Source: a bacterium (GTDB lineage: Bacteria > Patescibacteriota > CPR2 > UBA1875 > JAJYID01). From it: DNA of 64,000 nucleotides. Both the position numbers and the translations under genes were made by a program. Below the pieces are notes generated by a model that saw nothing but the letters and a program-made list of their open reading frames with translations, did not search any database and was not told where the DNA came from. The stretch covers positions 11,163 through 75,162 of the forward strand of contig JAUSJO010000006.1 of the NCBI GenBank assembly GCA_030647205.1, written 5' to 3'. Of this stretch, positions 38,380 through 48,575 are shown one piece after another; positions within the stretch are counted from its first letter, which is position 1; each line of letters opens with the position of its first letter.

Positions 38380-40017
38380 CTACTTTGCGCTGCCTTTACC
38401 AATCCTCATTTTCTCGAGAACAAACTTAATCTCCTCGCATTTGAAAAGCCATGCAAGAAAAAAGTAGCAGATACCCCCCAAGGCTACTGCCCCGGTTGTT
38501 TGCAAGAAGAGACCGGTAACTTTCTCGGTACTGGTCACGGCATCAAAAAGATACAGTGAATAGTGGACAACAAGCCCCATAGCTATAGAAGCGATGACGA
38601 GGCGAGTCGTAGACTCAAATATTTTATGGTCAGGATCTAAAATACCAATCTTTTCATGTAAGAAAACTGCAAGGAGAATAACATTCACTATGCCGGCGAT
38701 TGAGAACGCTAAAGCTACACCAGCCACCCCTAAACCCCAAAGCGGAACGAAAGGAAGAGTGATAGAAAGAATAGCATTTACTATCATGACTATAACACCG
38801 ATGTAAAATGGGGTTTTAGTGTCCTGAATAGCAAAGAACGCCTTGTACAAAAGCGGTATCATCCCCTGGGCAATCAGTCCAAAAGAGAAAAAAAGCAGCG
38901 TTTTTGTAGTCCAGTAGGTAGCTTCCCAGTCAAAGTTACCTGTTCCAAATACTAGACGAATTATTTGCGCCCTCAAAACTATTACTCCAATAGTGGCAGG
39001 GATCATAAAGAAAAGAATACGGCGCGCGCTCCATGAGAACCTACTCATAAACTCGTCCATATCTTTTTTGGCATAACTCTCCGAAAGCGCCGGAAAGATT
39101 GCCGTTGCTATGGCAATACCAAAGATAACCGTAGGGACAGTTTGAATGTTGTTAGCATAGTTAAGTTCGCTGATACTACCTGCGGCCAAAAAAGAAAGAA
39201 CAATAGTGTCAACAACCAGGTTAATTTGGCTGGTTCCAATCGTCAAAGTCCTTGGCACCATCATCTTGAATATTCTGGCTATCTCACCCTTTTTAAAATC
39301 AATGATCGGTTTCCATCTGTATCCGGTTCGAAGAGTAGATGGGAGCTGGACAAGAACAGTCATGAAGGCACCAGCGGCAGCACCAATAGCAGGAGCATAT
39401 ATTGAAGGATGGAACTTATCGACCAGAAATATCATGGAAAGAATAATGGAAATATTATAAACAATCGGGACCAGAGAATAAGCGACAAATCTTTTGTGGG
39501 AGTTCAAGATTCCACTGAGTATACCTGAAATAGCAAAGAAGATGGGTGACAAAAGCATAATCCTTATCATATTTACGGTTGTAGAGTAGACATTAAAGCT
39601 AGTCTCTATTTTTTGGTTGAAAAAGCCGGGCAAAAGTAAAGGGACCAGCTTAGGTGCAAGCACAAAAACCACCACGCAAAAAACAACCGCGCCAAGAAGC
39701 ATAAAGTTTAAGAAAGAGTTAGCAAACTTCTGTACATCCTCCTTCTTTTCCTTGGTCATCTTTTCAATGAAAATAGGGATAAAGACACTGGAGACAGCTC
39801 CCAATATCAGAAGGTTGAATATCAGATCAGGAATTCTGAATGAGGCGTAAAATATATCTGTCTCATGTCCGGCACCGAAATGACCGGCTATAAGACGTTC
39901 TCTAAAGAGTCCCAAGATGTTTGAAACAAGACCAGTAACCGCCAAAATGATAGCTGCCGCAGAGACGGTTAGCTTTTTGTCCCAGATTAAGTACAAAAAT
40001 TTTTTAACTCTAGTCAC
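38380..40017 (-). CDS. murJ: Lipid II flippase MurJ (MviN)
   Basis: S.ILGL.RE..IA..FGAG, FRIPD, VFIP, AIFP.LS, DTKTP. Confidence 0.95.
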   Translation of the reverse strand: MTRVKKFLYLIWDKKLTVSAAAIILAVTGLVSNILGLFRERLIAGHFGAGHETDIFYASFRIPDLIFNLLILGAVSSVFIPIFIEKMTKEKKEDVQKFANSFLNFMLLGAVVFCVVVFVLAPKLVPLLLPGFFNQKIETSFNVYSTTVNMIRIMLLSPIFFAISGILSGILNSHKRFVAYSLVPIVYNISIILSMIFLVDKFHPSIYAPAIGAAAGAFMTVLVQLPSTLRTGYRWKPIIDFKKGEIARIFKMMVPRTLTIGTSQINLVVDTIVLSFLAAGSISELNYANNIQTVPTVIFGIAIATAIFPALSESYAKKDMDEFMSRFSWSARRILFFMIPATIGVIVLRAQIIRLVFGTGNFDWEATYWTTKTLLFFSFGLIAQGMIPLLYKAFFAIQDTKTPFYIGVIVMIVNAILSITLPFVPLWGLGVAGVALAFSIAGIVNVILLAVFLHEKIGILDPDHKIFESTTRLVIASIAMGLVVHYSLYLFDAVTSTEKVTGLFLQTTGAVALGGICYFFLAWLFKCEEIKFVLEKMRIGKGSAK

Positions 40018-41857
40018 TCTTTTTTACCTTGTCTATCTTCGCCATGAGTTTTTCGAAATCTTCTCCTTCGATGGTTTCTTTTTCTACCAATGTCTTTGCG
40101 ATAAGATCTAACTTTGTACGGTTTTTCTTTAGAATTTCCATGGATTTGTTGTAGCATTCCATAATAGCCTTGTTTGTTTCCTCATCAATAATAGCTGCTA
40201 TCTCCTCGGAGTAGTTTTTGTTGTGTTCGGTCAGTTCCTTACCTAAAAATACCTGCTCTTCTTGATGGCCGTAGACTTGCGGACCCAGTTTTTCGTTCAT
40301 ACCGTATTTAACAGCCATATTGCGGGCCATTTTAGTAGCTTTTTCGATATCGTTTGAGGCGCCGGTTGTAATCTCGTTGAAGACCAACTCTTCAGCTGCT
40401 CTTCCTCCCATTGACATTGTTATCTCATCATAGATTTTTGATTTGGTCAAAAGTTTCAAATCCTCTTTCGGCAAGCTCCAAGTAACCCCAAGTGCCATTC
40501 CTCTAGAAATAACAGATATCTTATGAATAGGATCAGCGTTTGGTAGAAGATGTCCAACGATAGCATGACCTGCTTCATGATAGGCAATTATGTCTTTTTC
40601 ATGCTTGTTTAGAGCATTGCTTTTTCTTTCTGGACCAAGCAAAACCTTTTCTGTAGCAGAGCTTAGATCAGCCATGGTAATTTCTTTTCTATTTTTACGT
40701 GCAGTGAGAATTGCTGCCTCATTCATCAGGTTCTCAAGATCAGCTCCAGAAAAACCAGGGGTTTGTTTGGCAATCGTTTCCAGATCTGTATCTTTGGCCA
40801 AAGGCTTGCCTCCTGCATGAACCTTCAAGATCGCCTCACGAGCCTTAACATCGGGCATATCAAGCACAATCCTTCGGTCAAATCTGCCAGGACGCAGAAG
40901 CGCCGGGTCAAGAACATCAGGCCTGTTTGTTGCTGCCATCACAATAACGTTTGTCCCCTTTTCAAAGCCATCCATTTCAACTAGTATCTGGTTTAACGTC
41001 TGTTCCCGTTCGTCATGAGAACCACCAAGACCACTGCCGCGCTGCCGGCCAACGGCATCTATTTCATCGATAAATATGATACATGGAGCATTTTTCTTTG
41101 CTCGATTGAAAAGATCTCTTACACGACTAGCTCCTACTCCGACAAACATTTCGACAAACTCAGAACCAGATATTGAGAAAAACGGCACATCAGCCTCACC
41201 GGCAACTGCTCTTGCAAGAAGGGTTTTGCCTGTTCCGGGACTACCAAAAAGGAGCACACCCTTTGGTATTTTGGCACCCAAGTTCAAGAATTTCTTTGGA
41301 TACTTTAAGAACTCGACGATCTCTTCAAGCTCTTCTTTTGCTTCTTCACTCCCGGCAACCTCCTTAAAGGTCACTTTTTTCTTTGTTTTGTCATATACTT
41401 GCGGCTTCGATTTCCCAAATCCCATTGCCTGATTTGATGCCCCTTGCGATTGGCGAATGAAAAAGTAAAGGATACCTCCAATTAACAACACTGGTATAAT
41501 CGTCTGGATAAGGATACCGATCCAAAGCGAACTACTGCTTGAAGACTTTGAATCTATACTAACTTTACTTGGGTCAATCTGCTCCACTCCCAAGAATTTT
41601 AGAACATCAGTAATTTTCTCACTTTCATTGATTGACGAGGTTTGTTTTTTCCCGTCTTCTAAAGTAATAGTGACTTTACTTCCTTCTTGTGTGATATTTT
41701 TGACTTTGTTGTCCTTGACTTCTTGGGCCACTTTTGATATATCAACTTTTTCGATATTCTGAGTTGGAATATAGAAAGAGTACACTGCTGCCATGATCAG
41801 TATGATAGTTATAAAAATTAAGATAGCTCGATTATTTTTCTTCATTGGTTTTTTCAT
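40010..41857 (-). CDS. ftsH: ATP-dependent zinc metalloprotease FtsH
   Basis: Two TM helices, [29 protein letters not shown]. Confidence 0.98.
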   Translation of the reverse strand: MKKPMKKNNRAILIFITIILIMAAVYSFYIPTQNIEKVDISKVAQEVKDNKVKNITQEGSKVTITLEDGKKQTSSINESEKITDVLKFLGVEQIDPSKVSIDSKSSSSSSLWIGILIQTIIPVLLIGGILYFFIRQSQGASNQAMGFGKSKPQVYDKTKKKVTFKEVAGSEEAKEELEEIVEFLKYPKKFLNLGAKIPKGVLLFGSPGTGKTLLARAVAGEADVPFFSISGSEFVEMFVGVGASRVRDLFNRAKKNAPCIIFIDEIDAVGRQRGSGLGGSHDEREQTLNQILVEMDGFEKGTNVIVMAATNRPDVLDPALLRPGRFDRRIVLDMPDVKAREAILKVHAGGKPLAKDTDLETIAKQTPGFSGADLENLMNEAAILTARKNRKEITMADLSSATEKVLLGPERKSNALNKHEKDIIAYHEAGHAIVGHLLPNADPIHKISVISRGMALGVTWSLPKEDLKLLTKSKIYDEITMSMGGRAAEELVFNEITTGASNDIEKATKMARNMAVKYGMNEKLGPQVYGHQEEQVFLGKELTEHNKNYSEEIAAIIDEETNKAIMECYNKSMEILKKNRTKLDLIAKTLVEKETIEGEDFEKLMAKIDKVKKSD

Positions 41858-43190
41858 ATCTAATTGTTGCCTCTAAACTTACTAAGTCCTTATTACTTTT
41901 ATATTCAGGATTGAATCTGATACCCGGGATCCAGATAACTTCATCTTTCGCACTCACGACAATCGGATAACTGTCTCTCATCTCGCGCGGAACTTTTACA
42001 TCTATAAACACATCCTGTAGACTTTTAGTTCTGCCCGAGCCGATTGCAATCCTATCTCCGGCCTTTCTACATCTTACACGTAACGTAGGCGTTTTTTTAA
42101 TGTCTAAAAATACTAAATTTTTGTCTTCTACAGTATTTTTTCCATCTAATTTGCCTAAAAAAAGCCTCCAGCTGCCAAAAAAAGCTTCCTCACCCATCTT
42201 CAACCTTATGATTTTTGGCTTCTCTGTGGGACTTTTTGCTTCTTTTCTAATTTCCAGTTTATCATAAGTCCGCCTCACAATCAATCCTTCTCCCAAGTGA
42301 ATTTCTTTTGTCCCGTCAGCCGTTTTCAAAAGCTTCTGCATATCTTCGATGTTTCTCCTTGAAACATCCTTAAGATCTCCCTTCACATACCGAACAGATT
42401 CCCTCAAAATCTCTGATTGTAGATATGGGTTGATTTTAACTAGTTCCTCTACCGAGAAAAAAACTGCATCCCTTGCCTCTTTGACCAACTGTTTATAGTG
42501 TTTTTTTGTAATGCTTGAAATTACGTCATCCGCATCCCGTAAATCTTGGATTTCCCGTGCGAGCGTTTGTACGAAGTCCAGGTTAATTTTTTCAAACTCA
42601 GGGATAACTTTGTGGCGAATGAGATTTCTTTTGATAGTCAGGTCTTTGTTCGTAATATCCTCGACGAATTCTAGACTATTCTCCTTGGCGTATTTTTCGA
42701 TCTCTCTCCTCGTTGAAAAAAGGAGGGGTCGGATCAAACCTCCATTCTTAGGTTTCATAGAAACAAGACCGGTCAGCCCACTGCCTCTGGAAAGATTGAG
42801 AAAAAACGTCTCAACAAGATCATTTTTATGGTGTGCAACGGCAACTTTCTTCATTTTTTCCTGCTTACAGATCTCATTAAAAAAATCATAACGGATATCC
42901 CGAGCTTTTTCCTCAATATTACCGCCTGCAAGCTTAACTTTCTCCTCAAAGAATGGTAATTCATACTTTTTAGCCAAGTCTTTTACAAATTTATTATCTT
43001 TATCGGCTTCTTTTCTGAGCCCGTAGTTCACATGAGCAATTGCAATATGGATGCCCAATTTATTCTGTAATTTAGATAGGATATCCAAAAGAACAACTGA
43101 GTCAACTCCGCCGGACACGCCAACCAAAATCCGGTCGCCCTTTCGAATCAAATTATTGTTTCCCGAGTACGCTAAAAAGTCATCAATCAT
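41832..43190 (-). CDS. tilS: tRNA(Ile)-lysidine synthetase TilS
   Basis: SGGVDS PP-loop, AR..RY, AHH.ND, IRPLL, RN.IR. Confidence 0.96.
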   Translation of the reverse strand: MIDDFLAYSGNNNLIRKGDRILVGVSGGVDSVVLLDILSKLQNKLGIHIAIAHVNYGLRKEADKDNKFVKDLAKKYELPFFEEKVKLAGGNIEEKARDIRYDFFNEICKQEKMKKVAVAHHKNDLVETFFLNLSRGSGLTGLVSMKPKNGGLIRPLLFSTRREIEKYAKENSLEFVEDITNKDLTIKRNLIRHKVIPEFEKINLDFVQTLAREIQDLRDADDVISSITKKHYKQLVKEARDAVFFSVEELVKINPYLQSEILRESVRYVKGDLKDVSRRNIEDMQKLLKTADGTKEIHLGEGLIVRRTYDKLEIRKEAKSPTEKPKIIRLKMGEEAFFGSWRLFLGKLDGKNTVEDKNLVFLDIKKTPTLRVRCRKAGDRIAIGSGRTKSLQDVFIDVKVPREMRDSYPIVVSAKDEVIWIPGIRFNPEYKSNKDLVSLEATIRYEKTNEEK

Positions 43191-43222
43191 AGTTGAATTT
43201 TAAATTAATTTAAAAAATCCGT

Positions 43223-43474
43223 TTAGTACTTAATTCTAAGGAAAAGAATTATTGAAGCAAGAACAGTAGTTATAGAGTTGCCAATGATTAAAGGATAAGA
43301 GTGTGTAAGAATGCCGTAACTCAACCAAAGTATTTGTCCTGTTAGCAGGATTATATACATAATCAAAGATAGATCCTTTGCCGACTTTGTCCTTATTGCT
43401 TTTATCACCTGGGGGATAAAAGAGGTGGTAGTAAAGATGGCTGCCAAAAACCCTATTGAACTAACTTCGTTCAT
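43223..43474 (-). CDS. SemiSWEET/PQ-loop transporter
   Basis: TT.SFIPQ, SAKDLS, W..YG; three TM helices. Confidence 0.9.
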   Translation of the reverse strand: MNEVSSIGFLAAIFTTTSFIPQVIKAIRTKSAKDLSLIMYIILLTGQILWLSYGILTHSYPLIIGNSITTVLASIILFLRIKY

Positions 43475-43499
43475 AAAGACTCCTAAAAATTTTCATATC

Positions 43500-43574
43500 T
43501 GGTAGCGGGGGAAGGATTCGAACCTCCGACCTCCGGGTTATGAGCCCGACGAGCTGCCACTGCTCTACCCCGCG
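43500..43574 (-). tRNA. tRNA-fMet (CAT), initiator
   Basis: Cloverleaf, unpaired C1, GGG/CCC anticodon stem, encoded CCA. Confidence 0.95.
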
Positions 43575-43623
43575 TCGCAAATGCCATTCTAGCAGGGTTG
43601 AGCTCTTTTTTCAAGCCTTTACC

Positions 43624-44001
43624 CTACTCTTCCTTTTTTTGGGGGAACAAGAAGTTCCACCATTTTTGGGGATTTGAGATCTTTTCTTTATGCACGTCTT
43701 TTTTCTGTTCTTCGCCTTCGGGCCCGGCAGTTATAACCAGCACTTGCTCGCCCGGTTTTTGATATCCGAGACGCTCCCTCATAACCCTTTCCTTATAGCT
43801 CTCAGTTTTATAGTATAAAATCTTATTTTGAAGGTTTGTATTCTCTGCCTCCAAAACATCTACTTCCCTTTGAAGATTCTTTTCGATGCCGTTAAACTTG
43901 ATATTCTGATAAATAGTCTTTCCAACCAAAAAGAATATGTAAACAAGGAAGGCTATCCCCCCAATTTTTATAAGCTTCTCTTTTAAATCACCTTTATTCA
44001 T
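43624..44001 (-). CDS. Septum formation initiator (FtsB/DivIC family)
   Basis: TM + coiled coil + E...RE.LG..KPGE. Confidence 0.85.
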   Translation of the reverse strand: MNKGDLKEKLIKIGGIAFLVYIFFLVGKTIYQNIKFNGIEKNLQREVDVLEAENTNLQNKILYYKTESYKERVMRERLGYQKPGEQVLVITAGPEGEEQKKDVHKEKISNPQKWWNFLFPQKKEE

Positions 44002-44099
44002 TTATTCACGTTGAAAATACTGCTTTTTTAAAGTATAATATGTAAGTTAAATGTACTTTCAATTATAGAACATTACCCCATAATTTGCATTACTAAAAG

Positions 44100-44175
44100 G
44101 GGCCCGTAGCTCAGCGGTTAGAGCAGTCGGCTCATAACCGATTGGTCGTTGGTTCGATTCCAACCGGGCCCACCA
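44100..44175 (+). tRNA. tRNA-Ile2 (CAT, lysidine-modified), probable
   Basis: GGGCCCG acceptor stem, CTCATAA loop; resembles known Ile2 tRNAs. Confidence 0.88.
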
Positions 44176-44179
44176 ATAT

Positions 44180-44256
44180 GGCAGGGTAGCTCAGTTGGTT
44201 AGAGCACAGGACTCATAAGCCTGAGGTCGTGGGTTCGAATCCCACCCCTGCTACCA
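44180..44256 (+). tRNA. tRNA-Met (CAT), elongator, probable
   Basis: GGCAGGG/CCCTGCT acceptor stem, CTCATAA loop, encoded CCA. Confidence 0.9.
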
Positions 44257-44353
44257 AAAAATACCGAGAGAGAGGTATTTTTTATTTTACGCTACTCTTG
44301 ATATTTAACGGTGATGTGCTAAAATTATTTAAAATATAAAAAAGGAGGCTTAA

Positions 44354-44719
44354 GTGTCAAAGGTATTAATAGTAAGTTCCGACAGGTCATCTATAAAGCT
44401 CTACCAAACAGCCATTAACTTTCAGAGGATTGAAACAATTGTTGCGGGCAGCGCCGAAGAGGCTATCACTATGCTTGACCAAAAACCAAGCTTGATTCTT
44501 ATAGATATCTTAACCCCTGACTTAAAAGACATAAACCTAATAAAAGAAATTCAAGAAAAAGACAAAGTCCCTCTAATAATTATTGCTGATATTAAAAGAA
44601 ATCACGCATTGAGTGAACATTCCATAGAGGGAGCATGCGAATACTTATCAAAATCGGACACATCGGTCGGAGATATCATCAAAAAAGTAAGAAAGGCTAT
44701 AGACGAGGATACGGCTTAA
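44354..44719 (+). CDS. Standalone receiver-domain protein (atypical)
   Basis: KVLIV...PSLILIDI..P; the usual acidic pair near the N-terminus is degenerate. Confidence 0.75.
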   Translation: MSKVLIVSSDRSSIKLYQTAINFQRIETIVAGSAEEAITMLDQKPSLILIDILTPDLKDINLIKEIQEKDKVPLIIIADIKRNHALSEHSIEGACEYLSKSDTSVGDIIKKVRKAIDEDTA

Positions 44720-44738
44720 CTTTAACTTCAACCATCCT

Positions 44739-45221
44739 TTAAACACCCTTCGGGGTGTTTTTTATTATAAGCCAAGAGTTTTTACCACCATAACCACTGG
44801 TTTTAATCAAGGTATATCTGCCTTTCGCCTTTTTTCCTTCTAATATGAACTCGATAATTTTTTCATCTCTTTTTATGAGCTCATACTTGCCTGAATCCCA
44901 TATTTTGACTGCCCCTGCTCCATAGCTCCCCTCAGGTATTTCTCCCTCAAAGTCTATATAATCAACCGGGTGATCCTCCACTTCCACGGCTAATCTTTTC
45001 TCACCGACTTCTTCCGGTATCCCTTTTGGCACTGCCCAACTTTTCAGGACAATAGTATCTGAATTTAAATCTTCAGCCATTTCAAGCCGAAAATCCCAGT
45101 GCAACTGAGAGGCATGATGCTCCTGAACCGCAAAACGACCTTGTCCGCCCTTAACCGCTTTTGCCTCCGGTTCGGGCGTCTTTGTAAAATTTCTTTTTTC
45201 TTTATATTTTTCTAGGGCCAT
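44739..45221 (-). CDS. Standalone LigD 3'-phosphoesterase module
   Basis: Y..KRNF.KTPEP, VQEH.AS.LHWDFRLE, SWAVPKG, RLAV.VEDHP..Y..FEG. Confidence 0.92.
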   Translation of the reverse strand: MALEKYKEKRNFTKTPEPEAKAVKGGQGRFAVQEHHASQLHWDFRLEMAEDLNSDTIVLKSWAVPKGIPEEVGEKRLAVEVEDHPVDYIDFEGEIPEGSYGAGAVKIWDSGKYELIKRDEKIIEFILEGKKAKGRYTLIKTSGYGGKNSWLIIKNTPKGV

Positions 45222-45805
45222 TTTTTAATATTCTTTAGCTCATCTAATATATAGTTCCAGTTTAGATTATTAAAGTATGCATCTATGTAGTCTTTTCGTT
45301 TTGTGCCGTAATCCATAAAGTATGCATGCTCATAAACATCTAGAACGATGACCGGCTTGGCGTTCCATACCCCACCATGGGAGTGCCAGTCGCCAAGACC
45401 ATTATAAAGCCTTTTTTCATCTAAATCATAGTACAAAACCGCCCATCCGCGCGAAGCAAGTCCCAGCCCATGAAACTCTTCCTGCCAGTTCTCAAAACTG
45501 CCGAAATCTTTAGCAAATATCTTCCTTATTTCATCCGGTACCGTTCCATCTCCCCCTAATCCTAGAAAATAAGATTCATGAAGCTTAACCCCATTTAAAG
45601 CAAAACTTTCCTCTAGTTTCAGTTCGCGATAATCGTTGTATGTTGCATTCGGCAGCCCCTCAAATCCTCCTGCCAGCTTTTCACGAATTTCATTTACCTT
45701 GCCAACATACCCTTTATATAATACATCAAAATGTTCGGCTACCTGCTCTTTCGAGATACCATTTAACTTTTTGTAATCCAGTTCTATTGGAACTAACTTT
45801 TCCAT
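45212..45805 (-). CDS. Fe/Mn superoxide dismutase family protein
   Basis: H...Y.GYV, LHE.YF, FGSF, DVYEHAY..DY; start refined after AGGAGG. Confidence 0.92.
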   Translation of the reverse strand: MEKLVPIELDYKKLNGISKEQVAEHFDVLYKGYVGKVNEIREKLAGGFEGLPNATYNDYRELKLEESFALNGVKLHESYFLGLGGDGTVPDEIRKIFAKDFGSFENWQEEFHGLGLASRGWAVLYYDLDEKRLYNGLGDWHSHGGVWNAKPVIVLDVYEHAYFMDYGTKRKDYIDAYFNNLNWNYILDELKNIKKWP

Positions 45806-45937
45806 CATGCCTCCTTTTTTAACTATTTCCATCATTTTAGGAGGCTCCTGAGACACAAACATTGTTTGAAATTACAATTTAGCTCTTAACCCGGCATGAT
45901 TTTTTTCAAAAAAAGGATGATCCGAATAATCTCTAAT

Positions 45938-46103
45938 GCGACTATCGAAGATAAAGTGAGGATAAAGTGAACGAAGATTTTGAAAATAATGTTGTCTGAG
46001 CGTTCTAGCGAGTTCATTTTTTCAAACCTAAGTGAACTGAAATCCGACACTTTATCGCCGCCATAAGTCGCGATTTTTACTCCACTTTTTCTAAAAAAGT
46101 GGA
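45938..46103. repeat. Long nested imperfect inverted repeat (MITE-like or structured RNA)
   Basis: gcgact/agtcgc, gataaagtg/cactttatc and tttgaaaa/ttttcaaa arms; terminal tccactttt-aaaagtgga hairpin. Confidence 0.6.
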
Positions 46104-46168
46104 AGAATGAATTTTTGCTATCAAAAAGTAGATAAATGATAATAACTGTGATAGCAGATTTAATCGGT

Positions 46169-46227
46169 CTGGATTCCGGATCAAGTCCGGAATAACAAGA
46201 TGAGATCCTCCGTACCTCAGGATGACA
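46169..46227. repeat. Two ATGAC-type palindromes
   Basis: ctggattccggatcaagtccggaataac and gagatcct...caggatgaca; related to 22395-22461. Confidence 0.75.
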
Positions 46228-46262
46228 AAGTAAGTACCGGGTGAAGTTCTAATAAGAGCTGT

Positions 46263-46646
46263 TTATTTGTGTTGGCTCAACCAAGCTTTGAGCGGTTCTT
46301 TTTCCTGAAACCCTTCAAGTCGAGCACCATCTTTTTGAGAAATAAACTCCGGCGTTCCTTTGATTTTGTATTGATCTGCCACTCCAGGATTTTCCAAAGT
46401 GTTCATCGGCTTAAACCTAAAGCCCTCTTTTGCAAGTTCCGTCAAAATCGGCTTTTCTTGGATGCAATGAGAACAGTTTGGCGAGTAAAAATACATTACA
46501 TTGGCGTTATCGTCGAAGTAAGGCTCTATCTTTGTTCGGCTTGTATTATCGCTCGGCTTATTCTCAGAAACCTTCAAATAGCCTATGGCTCCGATAAAAC
46601 CGACAAGCAAAATACCTACTACAATGTATGGGATAAACTTCTTCAT
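46263..46646 (-). CDS. Membrane-anchored thioredoxin-like protein
   Basis: CSHC, GTP cis-Pro; N-terminal TM helix. Confidence 0.88.
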   Translation of the reverse strand: MKKFIPYIVVGILLVGFIGAIGYLKVSENKPSDNTSRTKIEPYFDDNANVMYFYSPNCSHCIQEKPILTELAKEGFRFKPMNTLENPGVADQYKIKGTPEFISQKDGARLEGFQEKEPLKAWLSQHK

Positions 46647-46647
46647 T

Positions 46648-47313
46648 TTAGATAAACCATTTGATCAATATTACACCAAGAACCGTCATTATTATACCCA
46701 TCGCCAGTTTCATATGGTTTTTCTCCCGCTCCTGCCAGTCCATCAGTTTCATCGCCACTCTCCGGTTCGTCGTAACAGCATAAATCAGTATCAACGGCAT
46801 CACAAACATCAGGTTATATATCAAGAGATATACAAAACCTTGAACAAACGTAGTCTTGTCGGACAAAAGACCAAGAGTCGTCACATAAATACCGCCAGAA
46901 CAAGGGAACTCGCTTATTCCGACCAAAACCCCAACCACGGCAGCCGCGGGAAGAGTCGCCTTATATGTCCACTTTAAGATTAACTGGCGAGCAGAATATG
47001 GAATCTTTGTACTAAAAATACTGTTTGGGAAGAAGTAATCTTTAATAGAGAGAACACCGACCAAGATGATTATTCCGGCTCCGATACGACTAATTAAGTG
47101 AGGTACTCCAAAAAATTGAATAACCCTTATCATCCCAAGACCGATAAGAAGATACGATACATAGATAGCAAGAATATAAACTAGGCTTATCTGAAAAACA
47201 TGCTTTTTTTCCTTTTTGAGCATGAAAAGCATTGAAAGAAATATCAAAAATATCCCGATGGCACAGGGATTGAAACTGTCTATTAGCCCATTTATAATAA
47301 CTAAAGCCAACAT
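46648..47313 (-). CDS. CcdA/DsbD-like membrane electron transporter
   Basis: DSFNPC and EFPCSGG; about six TM helices; next to thioredoxin. Confidence 0.85.
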   Translation of the reverse strand: MLALVIINGLIDSFNPCAIGIFLIFLSMLFMLKKEKKHVFQISLVYILAIYVSYLLIGLGMIRVIQFFGVPHLISRIGAGIIILVGVLSIKDYFFPNSIFSTKIPYSARQLILKWTYKATLPAAAVVGVLVGISEFPCSGGIYVTTLGLLSDKTTFVQGFVYLLIYNLMFVMPLILIYAVTTNRRVAMKLMDWQEREKNHMKLAMGIIMTVLGVILIKWFI

Positions 47314-47409
47314 AGTACTTAACTAGGATAAGACAGATTCGATAATTTTTCAATTTAAATCTTTGCCCAAAGGTAGTAAACTATTTCTATTAAAAGATAA
47401 GGGGTAAAA

Positions 47410-47679
47410 ATGAAAGAGCTTGGAGAGAATACTTCAGAAAGAAAAAACCAGTGGTTAACCGATGAAGAAAACGATAATCTCGATCGACTGAATAATATAC
47501 CAAATCCCACTCATAAGGAGCTCGAGGGGAAAACACGGCTTTTACTGCTTGCTGATTTAAGAAAGAGAAAAAGTGAGGGGAAAGAATTTGAAGATGAGAC
47601 TGAAGAGCGCATTATTAATGGATTAAAGAGAACTTTCGCTCCGGATATAACTGATAACGATATAAACAGAGAAATTTAA
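47410..47679 (+). CDS. Hypothetical protein
   Basis: 89 aa ORF with SD and terminator. Confidence 0.55.
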   Translation: MKELGENTSERKNQWLTDEENDNLDRLNNIPNPTHKELEGKTRLLLLADLRKRKSEGKEFEDETEERIINGLKRTFAPDITDNDINREI

Positions 47680-47692
47680 GATTATTTCACTT

Positions 47693-47721
47693 AATAAAAC
47701 CCGCTAAATGCGGGTTTTATT
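47693..47721. terminator. Bidirectional terminator
   Basis: aataaaacccgc-taaat-gcgggttttatt. Confidence 0.85.
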
Positions 47722-48489
47722 TTATGTGTTGACCGGACATGGAACTTCCTGCAGTTTGAAGGCAATATCAGCCATTCTCTTTTTCACAGTCTCAATGTCT
47801 CTCTTTTTAAGTCCTTGGCCGATCAGTTCTCTTTCGCTCTTTCCGTCTTCAACAAGGCCTTTTATGATCCGGTCTGCTGTCTCATAAGTAATCCCAAGCT
47901 CATCTTCATCGGTCTGCCCTTCCCATAGATCAGCCGTAGGCGGTTTTTCAATGATTTCTTTCGGTACGCCCAGGAATCTTGCCAGTTGTCTTACCTGAGT
48001 CTTGTAAAGATCTCTGATCAGCTCTATGTCTGAAACCTCGTCTCCTGCTTTTGTAAAATAAGCAAAGTAGTGTTCTGTCTTGTTTTCAGTCCCTAGCACA
48101 ATCGCCTTCTCTCGAGCTGCCGTATCATACAGAGTTATCATCCTGGACCTGGCAGCAATATTCCCAATACACTTTCCGTTATCCGTTTTTAAAATTTCCT
48201 TAAATGCATTGACCGCGGGTGAAATATCGACCTCCCTTAAATCTTTCACTTCAAACTTTTTAGCAACTGTCACAGCGTGGTCGCGGGATTTTCCCCCAGC
48301 TTCACCATTTGGCATCATGACCGCTATGATTCTATCAGCGCCAATAGCTCTCTCGGCGAGCGCGAGCGCAACAGCCGAGTCGATACCACCGGACAAACCT
48401 ATCACGACTTTTTCAATATTATTTTTTGCCATGTAATCTTTCAAGAAGTTACATGCTTTGTCCGCAAATTCTTTTTCGTTTAGTTCCAT
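47722..48489 (-). CDS. nadE: NH3-dependent NAD+ synthetase
   Basis: GLSGGIDS, GN..AR.RM, GT.N.TE, YFTK.GD, PPTADLW.GQTDE.ELG. Confidence 0.96.
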   Translation of the reverse strand: MELNEKEFADKACNFLKDYMAKNNIEKVVIGLSGGIDSAVALALAERAIGADRIIAVMMPNGEAGGKSRDHAVTVAKKFEVKDLREVDISPAVNAFKEILKTDNGKCIGNIAARSRMITLYDTAAREKAIVLGTENKTEHYFAYFTKAGDEVSDIELIRDLYKTQVRQLARFLGVPKEIIEKPPTADLWEGQTDEDELGITYETADRIIKGLVEDGKSERELIGQGLKKRDIETVKKRMADIAFKLQEVPCPVNT

Positions 48490-48575
48490 TGTCTTTCTCC
48501 TTTATTATTTTAATATTTTCTTTCTAATAACTAAATTTGGTTTTGGGCGGGCGCTTTCGCGCCCGCCCGCTTGTT

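Noticed and set aside
48545-48569. Strong GC hairpin between the PRTase gene and nadE as a separate RNA element
   Set aside because: Simple stem-loop with no U-tract on the coding strand; most likely an mRNA stabiliser or pause site
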